Assembly (NCBI RefSeq): GCF_001194135.2
Contig: NC_068991.1
Coordinates: 75,347,245 to 75,411,244 of the forward strand
Source of the DNA: Octopus bimaculoides
Lineage: Eukaryota
Reading direction: 5' to 3'
Length of the DNA: 64,000 bases
The notes under the pieces are model-generated. The model searched no databases. It was given only the letters and a program-made list of their open reading frames with translations, and was not told the origin of the DNA. Positions 12,663-26,356 of the stretch are shown in pieces; position 1 is the first letter of the stretch; every line of letters begins with the position of its first letter. Both the position numbers and the translations under genes were made by a program.

Positions 12663-12789
12663 GTTGTTCAAGTCATTAGAGACGATGTTCTTCCATTTGC
12701 TGGAACAATGCCCAAAGATTTTGTCATGAAAATCATGGATATTCTTAATAAAGGTTCCATTCACTCAGCTACTTCTGATTCCTTTATCG
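12663..12789 (+). CDS. MON2: MON2 homolog coding exon
   Basis: ctttAG acceptor and GTaagg donor; 127 nt. Encodes VVQVIRDDVLPFAGTMPKDFVMKIMDILNKGSIHSATSDSFI, with the conserved LNKGSIHS. Confidence 0.95.
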
Positions 12790-13063
12790 GTAAGGCATTT
12801 CTAAATATACACCAAAATAAGGAAGAAATCGTTATTTCTCAAAATGCTTTAGGTAGAGAATATTTTTATTTTGTTTTCCTTTTTGTGTATTTTTTTTTTA
12901 AATAAATTTTTATTTTGAATAAAGTGCATATGGAACTCTGAAAACACTGCAGGACTTTATGGCATCTGATGATAGCTTGACGCTTTGGCATTGAATTACT
13001 TTGTAACTTAGGAAATAACATGCAAATAATTCCTCCTCTTCCTTCTCCTCCTCCTCCTTGTAG

Positions 13064-13450
13064 TTGTTGTTGGCACTCCGTCGCTTACGACGTCGAGGGT
13101 TCCAGTTGAACCAATCAACGGAACAGCCTGCTCGTGAAATTAACGTGCAAGTGGCTGAGCACTCCACAGACACGTGTACCCTTAACGTAGTTCTCGGGGA
13201 TATTCAGCGTGACACAGTGTGACAACGCTGACCCTTTGAACTACAGGTACAACAGAAACAGGAAGTAAGAGTGAGAGAAAGTTGTGGTGAAAGAGTACAG
13301 CAGGGTTCGCCACCATCCCCTGCCGGAGCCTCATGGAGCTTTAGGTGTTTAAGCTCAATAAACACTCACAACGCCCGGTCTGGGAATTGAAACCGCGATC
13401 CTATGACTGCGAGTCCGCTGCCCTAACCACTGGGCCATTGCGGTTCCACA
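13064..13450 (-). mobile_element. tRNA-derived SINE family C, full length with TSD
   Basis: tRNA-like head (A box tggcccagtgg, B-box-like tcaattccc) and (CAA)n tail. 13-bp TSD CTCCTCCTTGTAG at 13051-13063 and 13453-13465. Confidence 0.9.
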
Positions 13451-13655
13451 TTCTCCTCCTTGTAGTAACAGTAATGAAAGTGTGAACTGGCAGAATTATT
13501 ATTTCACCAGACAAAATGCTTAGCAACATTTCTTCTGACTTTACATTCTTAGTTCAAATGCTGCCAGGGTTGACTTTGCCTTTCATCCTTTCGGTGGAGG
13601 AGGGGGGGCTGATAGAATTGCTGGCCCTGTACCAAAATTTGAAACCATATTATTG

Positions 13656-13880
13656 TTGTAGTAAAGATTGTTTGCCAACATAACATGGCAGTCCTGGTTT
13701 AGGACGAATGTTGCTGTAATTTAACCCCAGGAGAAATCGTCTCCCTTGTTTTCGAAAATATGAAGACACAGATCATGTGATTTAGCCAGCTGGAGACCAT
13801 GTCGCCTGGGGCTAAATTACAGCAACATTCGTCCTAGACCAGGACTACCATGTTATATTAGCAAATAATCTTTACTCTAA
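13656..13880. mobile_element. Foldback MITE with long TIRs, internally deleted copy
   Basis: gtaaagattgtttgccaacataacatggcagtcctggtttaggacgaatgttgctgtaattt and its reverse complement at the right end. Same family as 21522-21843. Confidence 0.85.
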
Positions 13881-14333
13881 ATTCTACATTATTTGAAACA
13901 AAGGTAGTGCATGTCAACACAAATGTAATAATGTAAAAATTAAAAGATTATCATAAATTTTTATTGGATTAATGGAAGGTAGGATTAGTAGAGAACCTGA
14001 TGAAAGGACTTGTAGAATTTAATCCTGTTGCTTCATTGTCAGAATTTAAATCTTGCACATTTTTGCATCTGCTTAATTTTACTCACATTTGCGTGGACTT
14101 ATGGCCATTGTAGAGGGTACCTGTTGAAGTTGGCATACCGTGAGATTGAACTCAAGGCCTGATAAACGCCAAGCAAACTGCCCACCCCTTTTTGACCACA
14201 TTTGCAGCTCAGGTTATAAGCAAATTCCTAATTGTTCACAAAGGTCAGACAAGTTTAAGACCTCATGAATGCCAGGCAAATTTCTGGACAATTTAACAAT
14301 ATTTGCACCTCAAACAATAAGCAAATTCCAGAG

Positions 14334-14372
<39 letters not shown>

Positions 14373-14996
14373 CTTATCTCTCTTTCTCTCTATCCTCTCA
14401 CTTTCTTCATATCACCTGTTCCAACTTTGCAATGAAGTTTACTACTTCCATTAATAATATTAGGTCTCTTGGTTGTAGGTGTTTAAGCATCTGTCTGTGT
14501 GTCCATTGGGAAATACATATGGTATGGTTAATGTTGTTGTTGTTGTAGTTGTTGTTGATAGTCTTGTTTAATAGATGTTCATTGTGTTCTGTATTGTTTT
14601 GTAGCTTGTAGTTCTTCTTAACACCTTTCTCTATTAAACTTTGTAACTTACATTCATTATCCAACATTAGTTGCAAAGAAGTTAGGAATTTGCGTAACAT
14701 ATTTGCTACTTCTAGCTGGCGGTCAAACTCATCTACATGGACCTGATAAATAAGATTTTATCATCATCATTGTCTTTAGCAACCACATCATCATCATCAT
14801 CCTCATAGCTATAAAGTCTATTACTAAGCCTGATACCATTATCAAGTTCTTCTTCTTCCTTCCCCTTTCTCCCTTCCCCCCCCCCTGCTGCCTCATCATC
14901 ATCAAAATTTCAAACTATTACAACACTAACACCACCACCACCATCATCATCACTACATCACAAACACTATCATTACAAATTACCACTACCACCACC

Positions 14997-15027
<31 letters not shown>

Positions 15028-15056
15028 CTTCATCACAAACGCTATCATTACAAATT

Positions 15057-15087
<31 letters not shown>

Positions 15088-15696
15088 TCACAAACTACCA
15101 TCACCCCACCACTACCTCCACCATCACCACCATCATTAAAATCAGCATATTGATCACTTCAACCTGAACTTTTCTGTATCAGAATGATAAGGAAAGGAAC
15201 CTTCGTCACTTGATTGATTCCATCTTTTGTTAAAATGTTTAAATTATGGATCTCTCCAAAAGTCAATAGTTATAGATTTGTATATACAATCAATAATCAT
15301 ATTAATAACATAATTAAATGTTATATAAAATAATTAAGCTACAGAAAAAATTAATCAGATGCTATATTTTTCAAGAAATAATTCATTTATTTCCTTGACA
15401 ATTATTATTATTGAGTTTTTCTTCTTTCAGTTTTGTTTCCATTTCTTGCTGAGTGTCTTCCTGACACCTAGGGCAAGGAAACTGACTGTAAACGTTGATA
15501 GCAGGGAGAAATTCTTAGTGGTATTTCGCCTGTCACTCCTGATCTGAGTTCAAATTCCGCCGAGGTTGGCTTTGCCTTTCATCCTTTCGAGGTCGATGAA
15601 ATAAGTACCAGTTTCACACTGGGGTCAATATAATTGACTATTCCCCTCCCCCAAATTTCAGGACTTGTGCCTATAGTAGAAAGGGCACTATTCGAG

Positions 15697-16071
15697 TGCA
15701 ATCGTTGCCAGAGTTGCCTGACTGTCCTCTGACATGAGTTCCTCTCCTCTCATAATTCCTTGTCCTGTGAGTTACTTGGTGACCCAGCCAGTGCTGGTGC
15801 CACGTTAAAAGCATCGAGTCCACCCTGTAAAGTGGTTGGCATTTGGAAGGGCATCCAGCTGTGAAAATCATGCCAATACTCACCTCGCCTATGTTAGTGC
15901 TACGTAAAAAGCACTGAGTCCACTCTGCAGAGTGGTTTGTGTCAGGAAGGGCATCCTTGGTGAAACAGACAGAGTAGCCTAGGGTAGTATTTCTACCTGA
16001 CCAGCTCCTGTGAACCGTCCTACCCATGCATGGAAGATGGACATTAAACGATGATGATGATGATGATGATG
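15697..16071 (+). mobile_element. Family A diverged copy immediately upstream of a MON2 acceptor
   Basis: ...ccgtcctacccatgcatggaagatggacattaaac(gat)n, ending about 40 nt before the exon at 16112. Confidence 0.7.
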
Positions 16072-16111
16072 ATTTAAATAATTTTATTTTCCACATTTTG
16101 TATTTTTCCAG

Positions 16112-16313
16112 ATACTGAATCCAGTCGCAAACTCAGGGAGGAGTTTGCGAAAGCTTGCTTTGAAACTCTGCTGCAGTTTTCTTTCATTACTCGCACTGCT
16201 AACGAAGGCTCACTAACGAAGATGGCCGTACAGTCCCTGTTGCAACGATGTCAAGAAGTCGTGAAAAACTATGTTGAAGATGAACGTCTCAGTGGAAAGT
16301 GTCCTTTACCAAG
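16112..16313 (+). CDS. MON2: MON2 homolog coding exon
   Basis: tttccAG acceptor and GTgagt donor; 202 nt. Encodes DTESSRKLREEFAKACFETLLQFSF...YVEDERLSGKCPLPR, with the highly conserved LREEF-x-K-x-CFETLLQFSF and EDERLSGKCPLPR. Confidence 0.97.
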
Positions 16314-18454
16314 GTGAGTAGTAGTAGGAGTAGAAGACCCTGAACGAACAAACCTTTTTTGAACAGCATGCCATATTTCAGCCAGTGTACCAGGGACTAC
16401 ATTATCCAATGAGAAATCCTAGTATTTTTTTTTAAGATGGTAGAAGTAATGTTAGTAGCAGTAGTAGTAATAGTAGTAGTAGTAGTAGTAGCAGCAGCAG
16501 CAGCAGTGGCAACAGTAGTAGTAGGAAGACAAGTAGAAGGAGGAGGAGGAGACAGTATTTGGTGGTTGAGGTGCATCCTGGTGTCATTGGTCTGTCTGGT
16601 ATTTCGTGGAAGAATATACCCAAGTACCAATTAAGTGTCATGGGATGTTTTGTCTTCTATGATTTGTTTCAGGAGAGTGTTGAATTAAACAGGACCAGTT
16701 GAGATAGAAAACCTGGAAATCCTGATACACAGATTGTCCCCATTTGAGTAAAGCAGTGTTAATGATAATATCGCTCATTGACATTATGACCAGTTGTTCT
16801 ATGGTTTTGAAAATCTGTGGAATATAACAGAAAAAGAAAATACTTTACTTGAAATGGGTGAAGCATCCAGCCATGAAATTCTGTCTCAAGATCAATTCCC
16901 ATCCAAGCCATGCCAATATAGGAGAACGGATATGAAACAAATGACTCTGTCAGTACATTTTTTTTCCCTTTTTCTTTTTCTGGCTGTCTTAAAATATTAA
17001 TTGTAAATGCCAGTTCAATTATAAACTGAAGAATGATGTTCTTTATTTGATGACTTAAGAAGTAGCTTCAACAGACAATTCTAAAATATCAGAAAATAAG
17101 ATTAGCAGGATTTGAATGGTCTTCTTGTCCATAAACATGATCTATAAAAAAAAAATCGATAAAAGAAACAGAAAAAAAAGAATTAAATTTTATCTTTTGT
17201 TTTTCTTATCTCTACCAAAGAAAAATTTGTCAGCTATCTGTAATCCATAACTAGAAAACAACACATTTATCATAAATAAAAGGTATATTCTATTGTCATT
17301 GTGATATTTTATTTTTGTTTGCATGTACAAGACAAAAAATGGTTTTCTTTTCATTTCAGAATACCTTCCAAAACTTTCCATTGAGCTTATCTTAGATTTT
17401 GTGAATGTCCCTTGACAACAAAACTGTCAAGAGATTTTTCCTTATTCCTTCCATTTTTCTCTTTTCGTCTCCTAATATTGTATTTGAAGTTTATCACACT
17501 TGATGGGATAACTTTGGTAGATGTGAGCTGAAGAAATCTGTTTTTGATGTTGGCAGAGCTTAAATTTATGAATGTTTTACTGGTGTAGAAATTCAGATTC
17601 AGATAAAATATTCTTTGTCATCCATTAAATATTGTTGAAGTATGTATGACCCATTCCTCAAATTTACATTGCTGCAAATTCACGTGTGAATGTCCAATAC
17701 TAGTTCCAACTTGAGATCAAATTACAGAATCTTATTATTGTCTGTTTTACTTCAAAGGCAAATTTCATAGCACTTTATATACAATGCAAAGCAACTGACG
17801 GTGATCACTTATGCATGTATACATTCAACTTCCTAGCCATACCAATGACTGTACACAAGATACAAATATAAATCTTTCTCCTTATGAAACTCATGTATAT
17901 CAAGCAATTCTTGAACCAGTTATTTCTGTTGTTGTTGTTGTTATTATTATTATTATATTCATCATAATCATTGATATCATCATTATTATGGCCATGGACT
18001 GGAAGAATTGTTACACCATCACACAGAATATCTAACAATATTTCTTCCAGCTCTTTACAATCCAAGTTCAAATCCCATCAGGGTTGACTTTGCCTAGGGT
18101 TGATAAATAAAGTATTAGCCAACTACTGGGGCCCACTGTAATTAACAAACCTCCTTCCCCTAAAATTACTTGATTTGCAACAATTACACACACACACACT
18201 CAATTCATTTGAAACAACCCTTGATTCTATGATACCAATTCCTGTTTGAAAGAAATCTAAATTACAACCTTTCATCAAAATATCAAATCAAGTTATATTC
18301 CAAATGACAAAGTTATATTTCAAAATTCTTCATAAATTTTCTGAAATTTGTCAAAGATCTTCCAAATGGTCAAGAATGGCTTCATGTAAATTAATGCTTT
18401 CTGGTGCTCTCTTACTCAAATATTATCAGCCCTTCACACAAACACAATGTATTT

Positions 18455-18527
<73 letters not shown>

Positions 18528-18836
18528 CGGCAATAAGAAAATGGAGGTGGTCAAAAGGTGGTATTCATCAACTTTTAGACATTATATTATGTCTATTTAT
18601 TTTTAAAAAAAAAACAATTATAATAATATACATACATGTATAACAGATTATGCTTTACATATATAAAAATACCAGTAATTATTAAAATATATAACGTAGA
18701 ACATAGAAAGTAGAATAGTTTCTAACACTTGTGTATTAATAATTGGGTATTCTACCAGCAGTGTATTGGATAGATATTATCCCTTAGTTGGTTAGATTCA
18801 CAACCTCTGTTAAACGACGATGATGATGATGATGAT

Positions 18837-19120
18837 AAACAAAACAAAAAATGGAACAAGAACATAACAGGATACAACAAAACACCTGGACAGTTAGACA
18901 ATACAAAGAAGGACAGGAAAAAACAAGGATGGGTCATTCAGAGCCTTCTATTGTCACTCGAGGCTGAAACTGCAGGAATGATCTGGAACTCGACTGATGA
19001 TAGAAGGCTCTGAATGGGCCGTTCTTGTTTTTTCTTGTTCTTCTTCATATCATCTAACTGTCTGGATGATTTGATGTCACTTGTTACGTTTTTGTTCCAT
19101 TGTTTTTTTTGTTTTGTTTT
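18837..19120. repeat. Old foldback (inverted repeat) element, arms ~125 bp, 26-nt loop
   Basis: Inner arms 18888-18962 and 18989-19063 are reverse-complementary; differences are mostly transitions, several at former CpG sites. Confidence 0.8.
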
Positions 19121-19158
19121 TTATATATACATATAGCAGCGTATGTACACTTTTGGTC

Positions 19159-19192
<34 letters not shown>

Positions 19193-19643
19193 NNNNNNNN
19201 NNNNNNNNNNNNNNNNNNNNNNNNNNNNNNNNNNNNNNNNNNNNNNNNNNNNNNNNNNNNNNNNNNNNNNNNNNNNNNNNNNNNNNNNNNNNNNNNNNNN
19301 NNNNNNNNNNNNNNNNNNNNCCAGTGAAAGTTGTACATACCTCGATTATCTGCAGACTATAGTTTAAAAATCAACACTTTCAAAATAAAAGTGTCTATTT
19401 ATCTTCAGTACAGATTGCCGATATTTTTACAATCAAACAGAATCTCGTGCTAGTTGTCTTCAACTAGTGAAAGCGTGCACGTGATTCTATCCATTATAAA
19501 GATTAAAATTCAAAAGTCCTAGTTCTGGCGCGCTGAATCCGGAAAATATCTCTGCAGAAAATAATTTCTGCTTTGAATTTACCAACTTTGAGAAATGTGA
19601 TTATGGTTAATTAACATAATATGGTATTTTTTACCATATTATG

Positions 19644-19676
<33 letters not shown>

Positions 19677-20138
19677 GATAGATAGATATAGATATATACA
19701 TGTATTTGCGCAGTGGTGAAGCTATCTTTCAAATTGTTGCAGTTGACAAAGCTTGTTCACTGGTTTACAATTCCTGGTTGGAATCATATTATGGCTGTCT
19801 TTGACATTGATTTCCCTCAAGACAAATTATATAAGAACATATTATAGAAAGTTTGTCAGAAATATCTGAAATAAGATTACATTTGGCAGTGGAGTTTGTG
19901 AGGCCCCATAGATTATTTGGTTAATGTTCTCATTTCTTAGCTCAAGTCTCGGTTTAATGGTTGCTATTTATTAAAGACATTAAGCTGTAACATGCCAGCT
20001 CTAAGAATTCTTGTTAATATACAATTATGCAAATAATAAATACAAATGCATGCGACCTTTGAAAACTGATATAAGGATATCTTTTGGAAAATTAATAAAA
20101 TGATAATAACAACAATAACAATAATAATGATGATGATG

Positions 20139-20170
<32 letters not shown>

Positions 20171-20459
20171 TACCCCAGTGTCACTTTGATGGCATGTACT
20201 GCTCTCTCACTCAATAATAATAATAATAATAATAATAATCCTTTCTACTATAGGCACAAGGACTGGATTTTTTTCTGGGGAGTGGTAGTGGTGGTGGTGG
20301 GGGACAATTGATGATATCAACCCCAGTACTTGACTGGTATTTAATTTATCGACTCTGAAAGGATGAAAGGCAAAGTCGACTTCAGCGGAATTTGAACTCA
20401 GAATGTAGTGACAGACAAAGAGAATTTTTATAAGCTCTAAAAATTCACTCCATAATTGC

Positions 20460-20727
20460 CCACGGGCATATGGTGTAGTGGTTAAAAGTGCGGGCTACTA
20501 ACCCCAAGATTCCATGTTCGATTCCAGGCAGCGACCTGAATAATAATAATAACAACATTGAAAAATACCTTAGGAATGAGAACCCAGGTTCCAAATTTCC
20601 CCAAGACACCTGATGAAGACTGGAGGGTATATCAGCTGAAACATTGTGTTAAGAACAAACAAGACGAGGACAAATATCCGTCAAATTTAAATAATGTAGA
20701 TAATTCCTCATCTCTTAAATCTAGAAC
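20460..20727 (+). mobile_element. HH-SINE, solo full-length copy
   Basis: A box TGGTGTAGTGG, B box GTTCGATTCC, (AAT)n linker. The hammerhead remnant at 20605-20650 has a stem II mismatch and CG>CA in stem III. Confidence 0.85.
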
Positions 20728-21521
20728 TGTATCTCACTCTACAGTCTAACTACTCTGCCAGATTGTTGTTAAGCAGGTCATAAGTTAGATAAGTCTATCT
20801 GTTGTGTGTATTCTTTGAATTGTAATAAATCCTAATAAACGCGTCTATGAATATTGATGTCATGCATTTGATTTTGTTGAAAATATTTTAAAGGATTATT
20901 GTAATGGTTTCATGTGATCGATGCCTTCCATACAGAACACCTGCACAAGAAAGTACCTTATAATATTCCTGTCAAAATCGTTAGCACACCGGGCGAAGTG
21001 CTTAGTGGTACTTCGTCTGCCATTACGTTCTGAGTTCAGATTCCGCTCAGGTCAACTAAGGCTTTCATCCTTTCGGGGTCAATTAAATAAGTACCAGTTA
21101 CGCACTGGGGTCGATGTTATTGACTTAATCCCTTTGTCTGTCCTTGTTTGTCCCCCTCTGTGTTTATTCCCCTGTGGACAATAAAGAAATAAAAATATTC
21201 CTGTCAGTTTTATTCTCTTGCTACTCACTCCCGACTCTGAATGAAGATGAGATTTATATCCAGGAAACTGTTCTGAATACTCATTTGAACTCTTTTGATA
21301 CCAATCTATCTGGCACCAACACTTGTTCCATGATGCAAACTTTGTCTTAAAGTCATCTAAATTAAGACCCTTTATCTAAATTTTGTGTTAATTTATGTTT
21401 CAAACACTGACAACAAAATTATTTCGCTAAATTCTTCATTATTTTCAAAATTAATTGAAACAAGAGCTGTGTAAATTACTATTTTCAAATCTCACAACGA
21501 GAGATATTCAGCAACAGTACT

Positions 21522-21843
21522 TTGTAGTAAAGATTGTTTGCCAACATAACATGGCAGTCCTGGTTTAGGACGAATGTTGCTGTAATTTAGCCCCAGGAGA
21601 CATTGTCTCCAGCTGGCTATACAACATGATCTGTGTCCTTATATTTTTGAACAAGGGAATCTAGCTCCCCAACAGATATTGTTTTGAGCTGAGTGGGGGT
21701 GCTAGATTCCCTTGTTTGAAAATATAAAAACACAGATCATGTTGTATAGCCAGCTGGAGATGATGTCTCCTGGGGCTAAATTACAGCAACATTCATCCTA
21801 AACCAGGACTGCCATGTTATATTGGCAAGAATCTTTATTCCAA
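21522..21843. mobile_element. Foldback MITE with ~145-bp TIRs and ~30-bp spacer
   Basis: Near-perfect inverted arms centred on about 21683. Confidence 0.88.
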
Positions 21844-21995
21844 GAGTTGTGTATTTCTACAGAAATTTGGTGGCAAAGAGTTAATCCTGTTTATCACGAA
21901 TCTTTAAAATTTCTCAGTTTTCAGATTCAAGTTTAATTATGTGAGTAACATTCAAAGATTACATTTTTAAAATGATTTTCTTTTTCTTTTCTTAG

Positions 21996-22078
21996 ACCCC
22001 GTTTAGCTGAAATTGCTTCTGTTCTGAAGGCCATAACGACTTTGCTATTAAGTCTAAAGAAAGCTTCCCCAAACAATG
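21996..22078 (+). CDS. MON2: MON2 homolog coding exon
   Basis: Polypyrimidine tract plus ttAG acceptor, GTaaga donor; 83 nt. Encodes PRLAEIASVLKAITTLLLSLKKASPNN, versus recalled human EIIFVLKAVSTLIDSLKK. Confidence 0.93.
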
Positions 22079-24633
22079 GTAAGAACTATTCTATTTTAAT
22101 AACAACCAGATATCTGTACATTTATGTATTTGTATATGCATGTAGTTGGTATGTGTTTAAATATATATATGTGTGCATATATATCTGGAGCCGGCGATCT
22201 GAGTTTGAATCCCGTTGGGACCATAAAAAAAAGAACCCTCACACATGGGTCATCCAAGCACTCACCTGTGTACCCAGCCGGAAACTGGTACTTAGCCCTC
22301 CTCAGGGCTGCAGTTCATCTCACAGCAGTGCTAGAAACCAGAGGAAACCAATCCTACCTAAGGCATACTAAAACGGACAATGTGTGTGTGTGTGTGTGTG
22401 CATGTGGGTTTTTCTGTGTGTACCAGACTATCAAATGCTACTCATCTCTTTTTGTTTTGTTAAAAATTTAAATTCACATGATTTATGTTTTTAAAATTTC
22501 ATACAAAATATTTGATAGTGAAGTTATATTTCGTTTTTTTTCTCTAAGTTTTGAAAATTTTAAATTCTGTTTTTACTTTGCTAAAATTCTGAATATGAAT
22601 TATTTAAAAATTTAGAAAAAAAAAATTATTTTTTCTATCACCAAAAAAAAAATGGGATAGAATGTCCTGTAGTATTTATTCTGACTTTATGTGGCCCTAA
22701 TCTTTCTAATCTTTCTGAGGTCAACTTTGCTTTTATCCTTTTGAGGTCAATAGAAATTTACCAATCAAAGGCAGCAAATTGGTGGAATTCTGATGAGATG
22801 CCTTGTTGCATCTGTTGTGGCCTTTTCCAGCCTGACAGCAAAACCAGTGATAACACTTGTGCCAAACTGTATTGGCCCTAAGGTTAACACTGACTGACAG
22901 TGGTTCCTAAATAATATCTGAATATTTAACTCCTTTATTAACGTATTTCTGTCAAAATACATTGCCTTTGTTTTAATTAATTTTTAAAGTAATGAACAAT
23001 TTCGTAAAATTACTTTATCGTTATGAAGCTTGTGTTTGGCACACAAATTAGCATGAAATTTTGATGAAAGGTTTTCATTTAAATTACTTTGAAACATGAA
23101 GTTTATATCAAACCAGGGTCAGTTTCAGATGAGTTGGTATTGAAATGGTTAAATAAGAGATGACCAAAATGAGTAGATAATTAGATGCATAATTGACAGG
23201 AAAAGCCATTAGGGGTTATGTAAAACAAAACTTTATACAGAATACATTCTGAGTTTATTTGGTGATATGTGTGTAGGATTATTATACTCCTAGACACTTA
23301 TAACGCTCTCCTCCTTTCAATGATTTAATGTCTGGCCATTTGGTAATTGGATGCCTTTGCTGTTGACTACCTGTCCCCTTCTCATGACTAATGTTGCAAA
23401 TCTATGCCAAATTCCATACCTATATCCCTGCTGAAGAATCTTACAATTTGTATAAAGGAATCTATCTCTTTTTCAAAGGTCAAGAGGTCACTTGATATAG
23501 GATTTCATCTACAAATATAAAACTAAAACGAAGTCTTGTTTCACTAAGAACTTAACAATATAATTTTGTTTGTTTTTTTGTACTGGTTTACATCCCTTAT
23601 CTCTGTTTTCACCGTTCTTTTATTTTCATTCATTGTTTTAGTTTCTTTCGTTCTAGATCTTCTCCAACTTACAATTCCAATTTAATCAAATTCTCCTATC
23701 ATACTATTTTTGGTTATAAGCATTCGTGATAAACATCAAATCAAAGTATGAAATAGAATTATATAGCCTTCTCTTCCAAATAAACACAATATTGAAACCG
23801 CTGTTGTTAGGACTACAAAGAACAAAGTGACTGAGGAAGAGAGAGTGTATTTGCTAAGCAGTAGAAAGCTGTTTCCAGACATGTCTTCAGATTTAACAGT
23901 TTTCATTGTTCTGAATTTTATTTTTATTTAATTTATTATTATTTTTTAACATTGCCATTGTTTATTTTCTGCTTATCTAGAAGTAATTTTTTTTTTTTTT
24001 TTTTTATATTACTACAAAACAAAATATGATTATGATTTACTTCTGTGTCTACAATGAACTTATGTTTTCTAAAGTTTGTGTCTGCTATAAATTTATGTTT
24101 ACAATGAACTGATGTTGCAAGTTTAAAATCTACATTAATGTTTCATGTATACAAAAAAAAGTTTGCACAATGGAATAAATGTTTATGCTGTGAGGAATTA
24201 AGTCAAAGAAGATTTGGAAAGAAAGAAACTAAAACAAATAGAGAATATATACACTGATACAAAAAGCAGCACTTCAGTTGATAAAGACAGACAATAATAT
24301 ATTGTAGTATGTTGGTTAAGTTCTATCTGAAACGAAACTTGATTCACATTTTGATTTTTAGATGAAATCATATCTTGGTTAAATTATATAATTAATAACT
24401 TTGGGGAAAAAATATATAACTGTTTTAAAACAGATGGAGAAATTTCAAACTGTTGTTTTGGTATAATGGTAGAAAGTCTGGCATGTTTACAGAAGATGTG
24501 GGTCCAAGTCACATGGAGAGTCTTCAGCTTTTTCCATCCAAGGATTATTTTTATCCAATAATCTTCATTCTGTTATTTATAGCTTTATCTACTTTGAGTT
24601 CCACCATTAAAAATGATTTTTAAATATTAGAAT

Positions 24634-24990
24634 TTACCTGGCTGACTCCCCTTGTCGGTGGCACATACAGAGCACCATCCGAACATGTTCAATATCTACC
24701 CCCCCACCTCCCTGCTCCAACTGGCTCCTGTGCTGGTAGCACGTAAAAAGCACCATCTGAACATGGCCAATGCCATTGCTGCCTGACTGGCTCCTGTGCC
24801 AGTGGCACATAAAAAACACCCATTACACTCTTGGAGTGGTTGGTGTTAGGAAGGGCATCCAGCTGTAGAAACACTGCCAGATCAGATTGGAGCCTGGTGC
24901 AGCCTTCTGGCTTGCCAGTCCCCAGTCAAACCGTCCAACCCATGCCAGCATGGAAAGTGGACGTTAAACGATGATTATGATGATGATGAG
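24634..24990 (+). mobile_element. Family A copy
   Basis: Internal sub-repeats (gtaaaaagcacc) plus the family A 3' end. Confidence 0.8.
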
Positions 24991-25644
24991 TTGTTTTAAT
25001 TTCAGAGATATAACATGAATGACCCACATGTTGTACACTATTTTGGTATCACTTAAAGAAAGTGAAATGACCCAGGTAGTGTCTAGTTATATAATTTATT
25101 ATCTTACCAATTTGATAGTAGTGTCTACATAATTTTGGTAGCAACTCTTCATAGTTTACCTTTATTGATTTATACAGTATATCATTAACAAAATTGTAGT
25201 TAATTTCATTAAAGATTCATTTATTTTAATTAACAGTCATACCATATAAATTTATAATCATTTAATTGAAATCGCAATAACCTAGTCTACGAATAAAATG
25301 AAATAAAAAGAACTTAAGTACAGACTTTTATGTTTTTCTGTCTTTGGGCAGTGGCCATGCTAGAGCACCACCTTCAAGAGTCTAGTCAATTGGATCGCCC
25401 TCTGTTCTTATCTTTTTCAAAGATTGATACTTGTTCTGTCATTCTCTTTTGCTGAACTTCTAAGTTATGAGGAGATAAGCAAACCATCTCTGGTTGTTGA
25501 GCAACAGGGGAGCAAAAATTGACTCCTGAGGCATCAATTGGCCTAGGGTTGTTGTAGAAGAGATTTGCCTAGGGTGCCACACAGTGGGATTGAAACTGAA
25601 AGCACATAGTTGTGAAGTGAACCTCTTCACCACACAACCATACT

Positions 25645-25829
25645 CATTTACTTGTTTCAGTCATTTGACTGTGGCCACTCTGGAGCACCACCTTTAGTCG
25701 AACAAATTGACCCTAGGACTTATTCTTTGTAAGTCCAGTACTTATTCTATCAGTCTCTTTTGCCAAACTGCTAAGTTACGGGGTGGTAAACACACCAACA
25801 CTGGTTGTCAAGTGATGGTGAGGGGGAAA

Positions 25830-25873
<44 letters not shown>

Positions 25874-26012
25874 GACAGGCTTCTTTCAGTTTCTGTTGAC
25901 CAAATCCACTCACAAGGCTTTGATTGGCCCTAGGCTATAGTAGAAGACACTTGCCCAAGGTGACACACAGTGAGACTGAACCTGGAACCATGTGGTTGGT
26001 AAGCAAGCTACA
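25645..26012 (-). mobile_element. SINE family D
   Basis: Reverse complement of both modules with internal (TA)n. Confidence 0.8.
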
Positions 26013-26317
26013 TACCCTGTACCTATAATTAATATTTTTAAATAGTCACTCCTCTCCACCCCATTACCTTCTCTTCTCTTCTCTCTCCTTGGTCATATTA
26101 CCTGGGCAAAAATACCTGGCTTAAGGTTACTGAGTCTTCTTTACATACAAGCAGAAGCATGGCTATACGGTTAAGCAGTTCACTTTGCAACAGTGTGGTT
26201 TGGGGTTCCGTCCCTCTGTATGGTCCTATGGGCAAGTATCTTGTACTATGACTCCAGGTCATCCAATGCCTTGTGAGTGAATTTAGCTGACAGAAACGGT
26301 GTGGAAGCCCATCATTA

Positions 26318-26356
<39 letters not shown>

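Noticed and set aside
13990-14040. CTGATGA followed by an AGGA..TCCT stem, as a possible further hammerhead
   Set aside because: No GAAA after the stem and no stem I or III partner.
18960-19000. CTGAAAC and CTGATGA close together in the foldback
   Set aside because: No compatible stems I-III. The CTGATGA arises from CpG decay in the inverted arm.
23640-24190. Alternative short terminal exon and poly(A) site in the last MON2 intron (AG at 23640-23641 or 23655-23656; AATAAA at 24174-24179)
   Set aside because: Such signals are expected by chance in this AT-rich intron, and the predicted peptide is short and unconserved. It would need junction reads.
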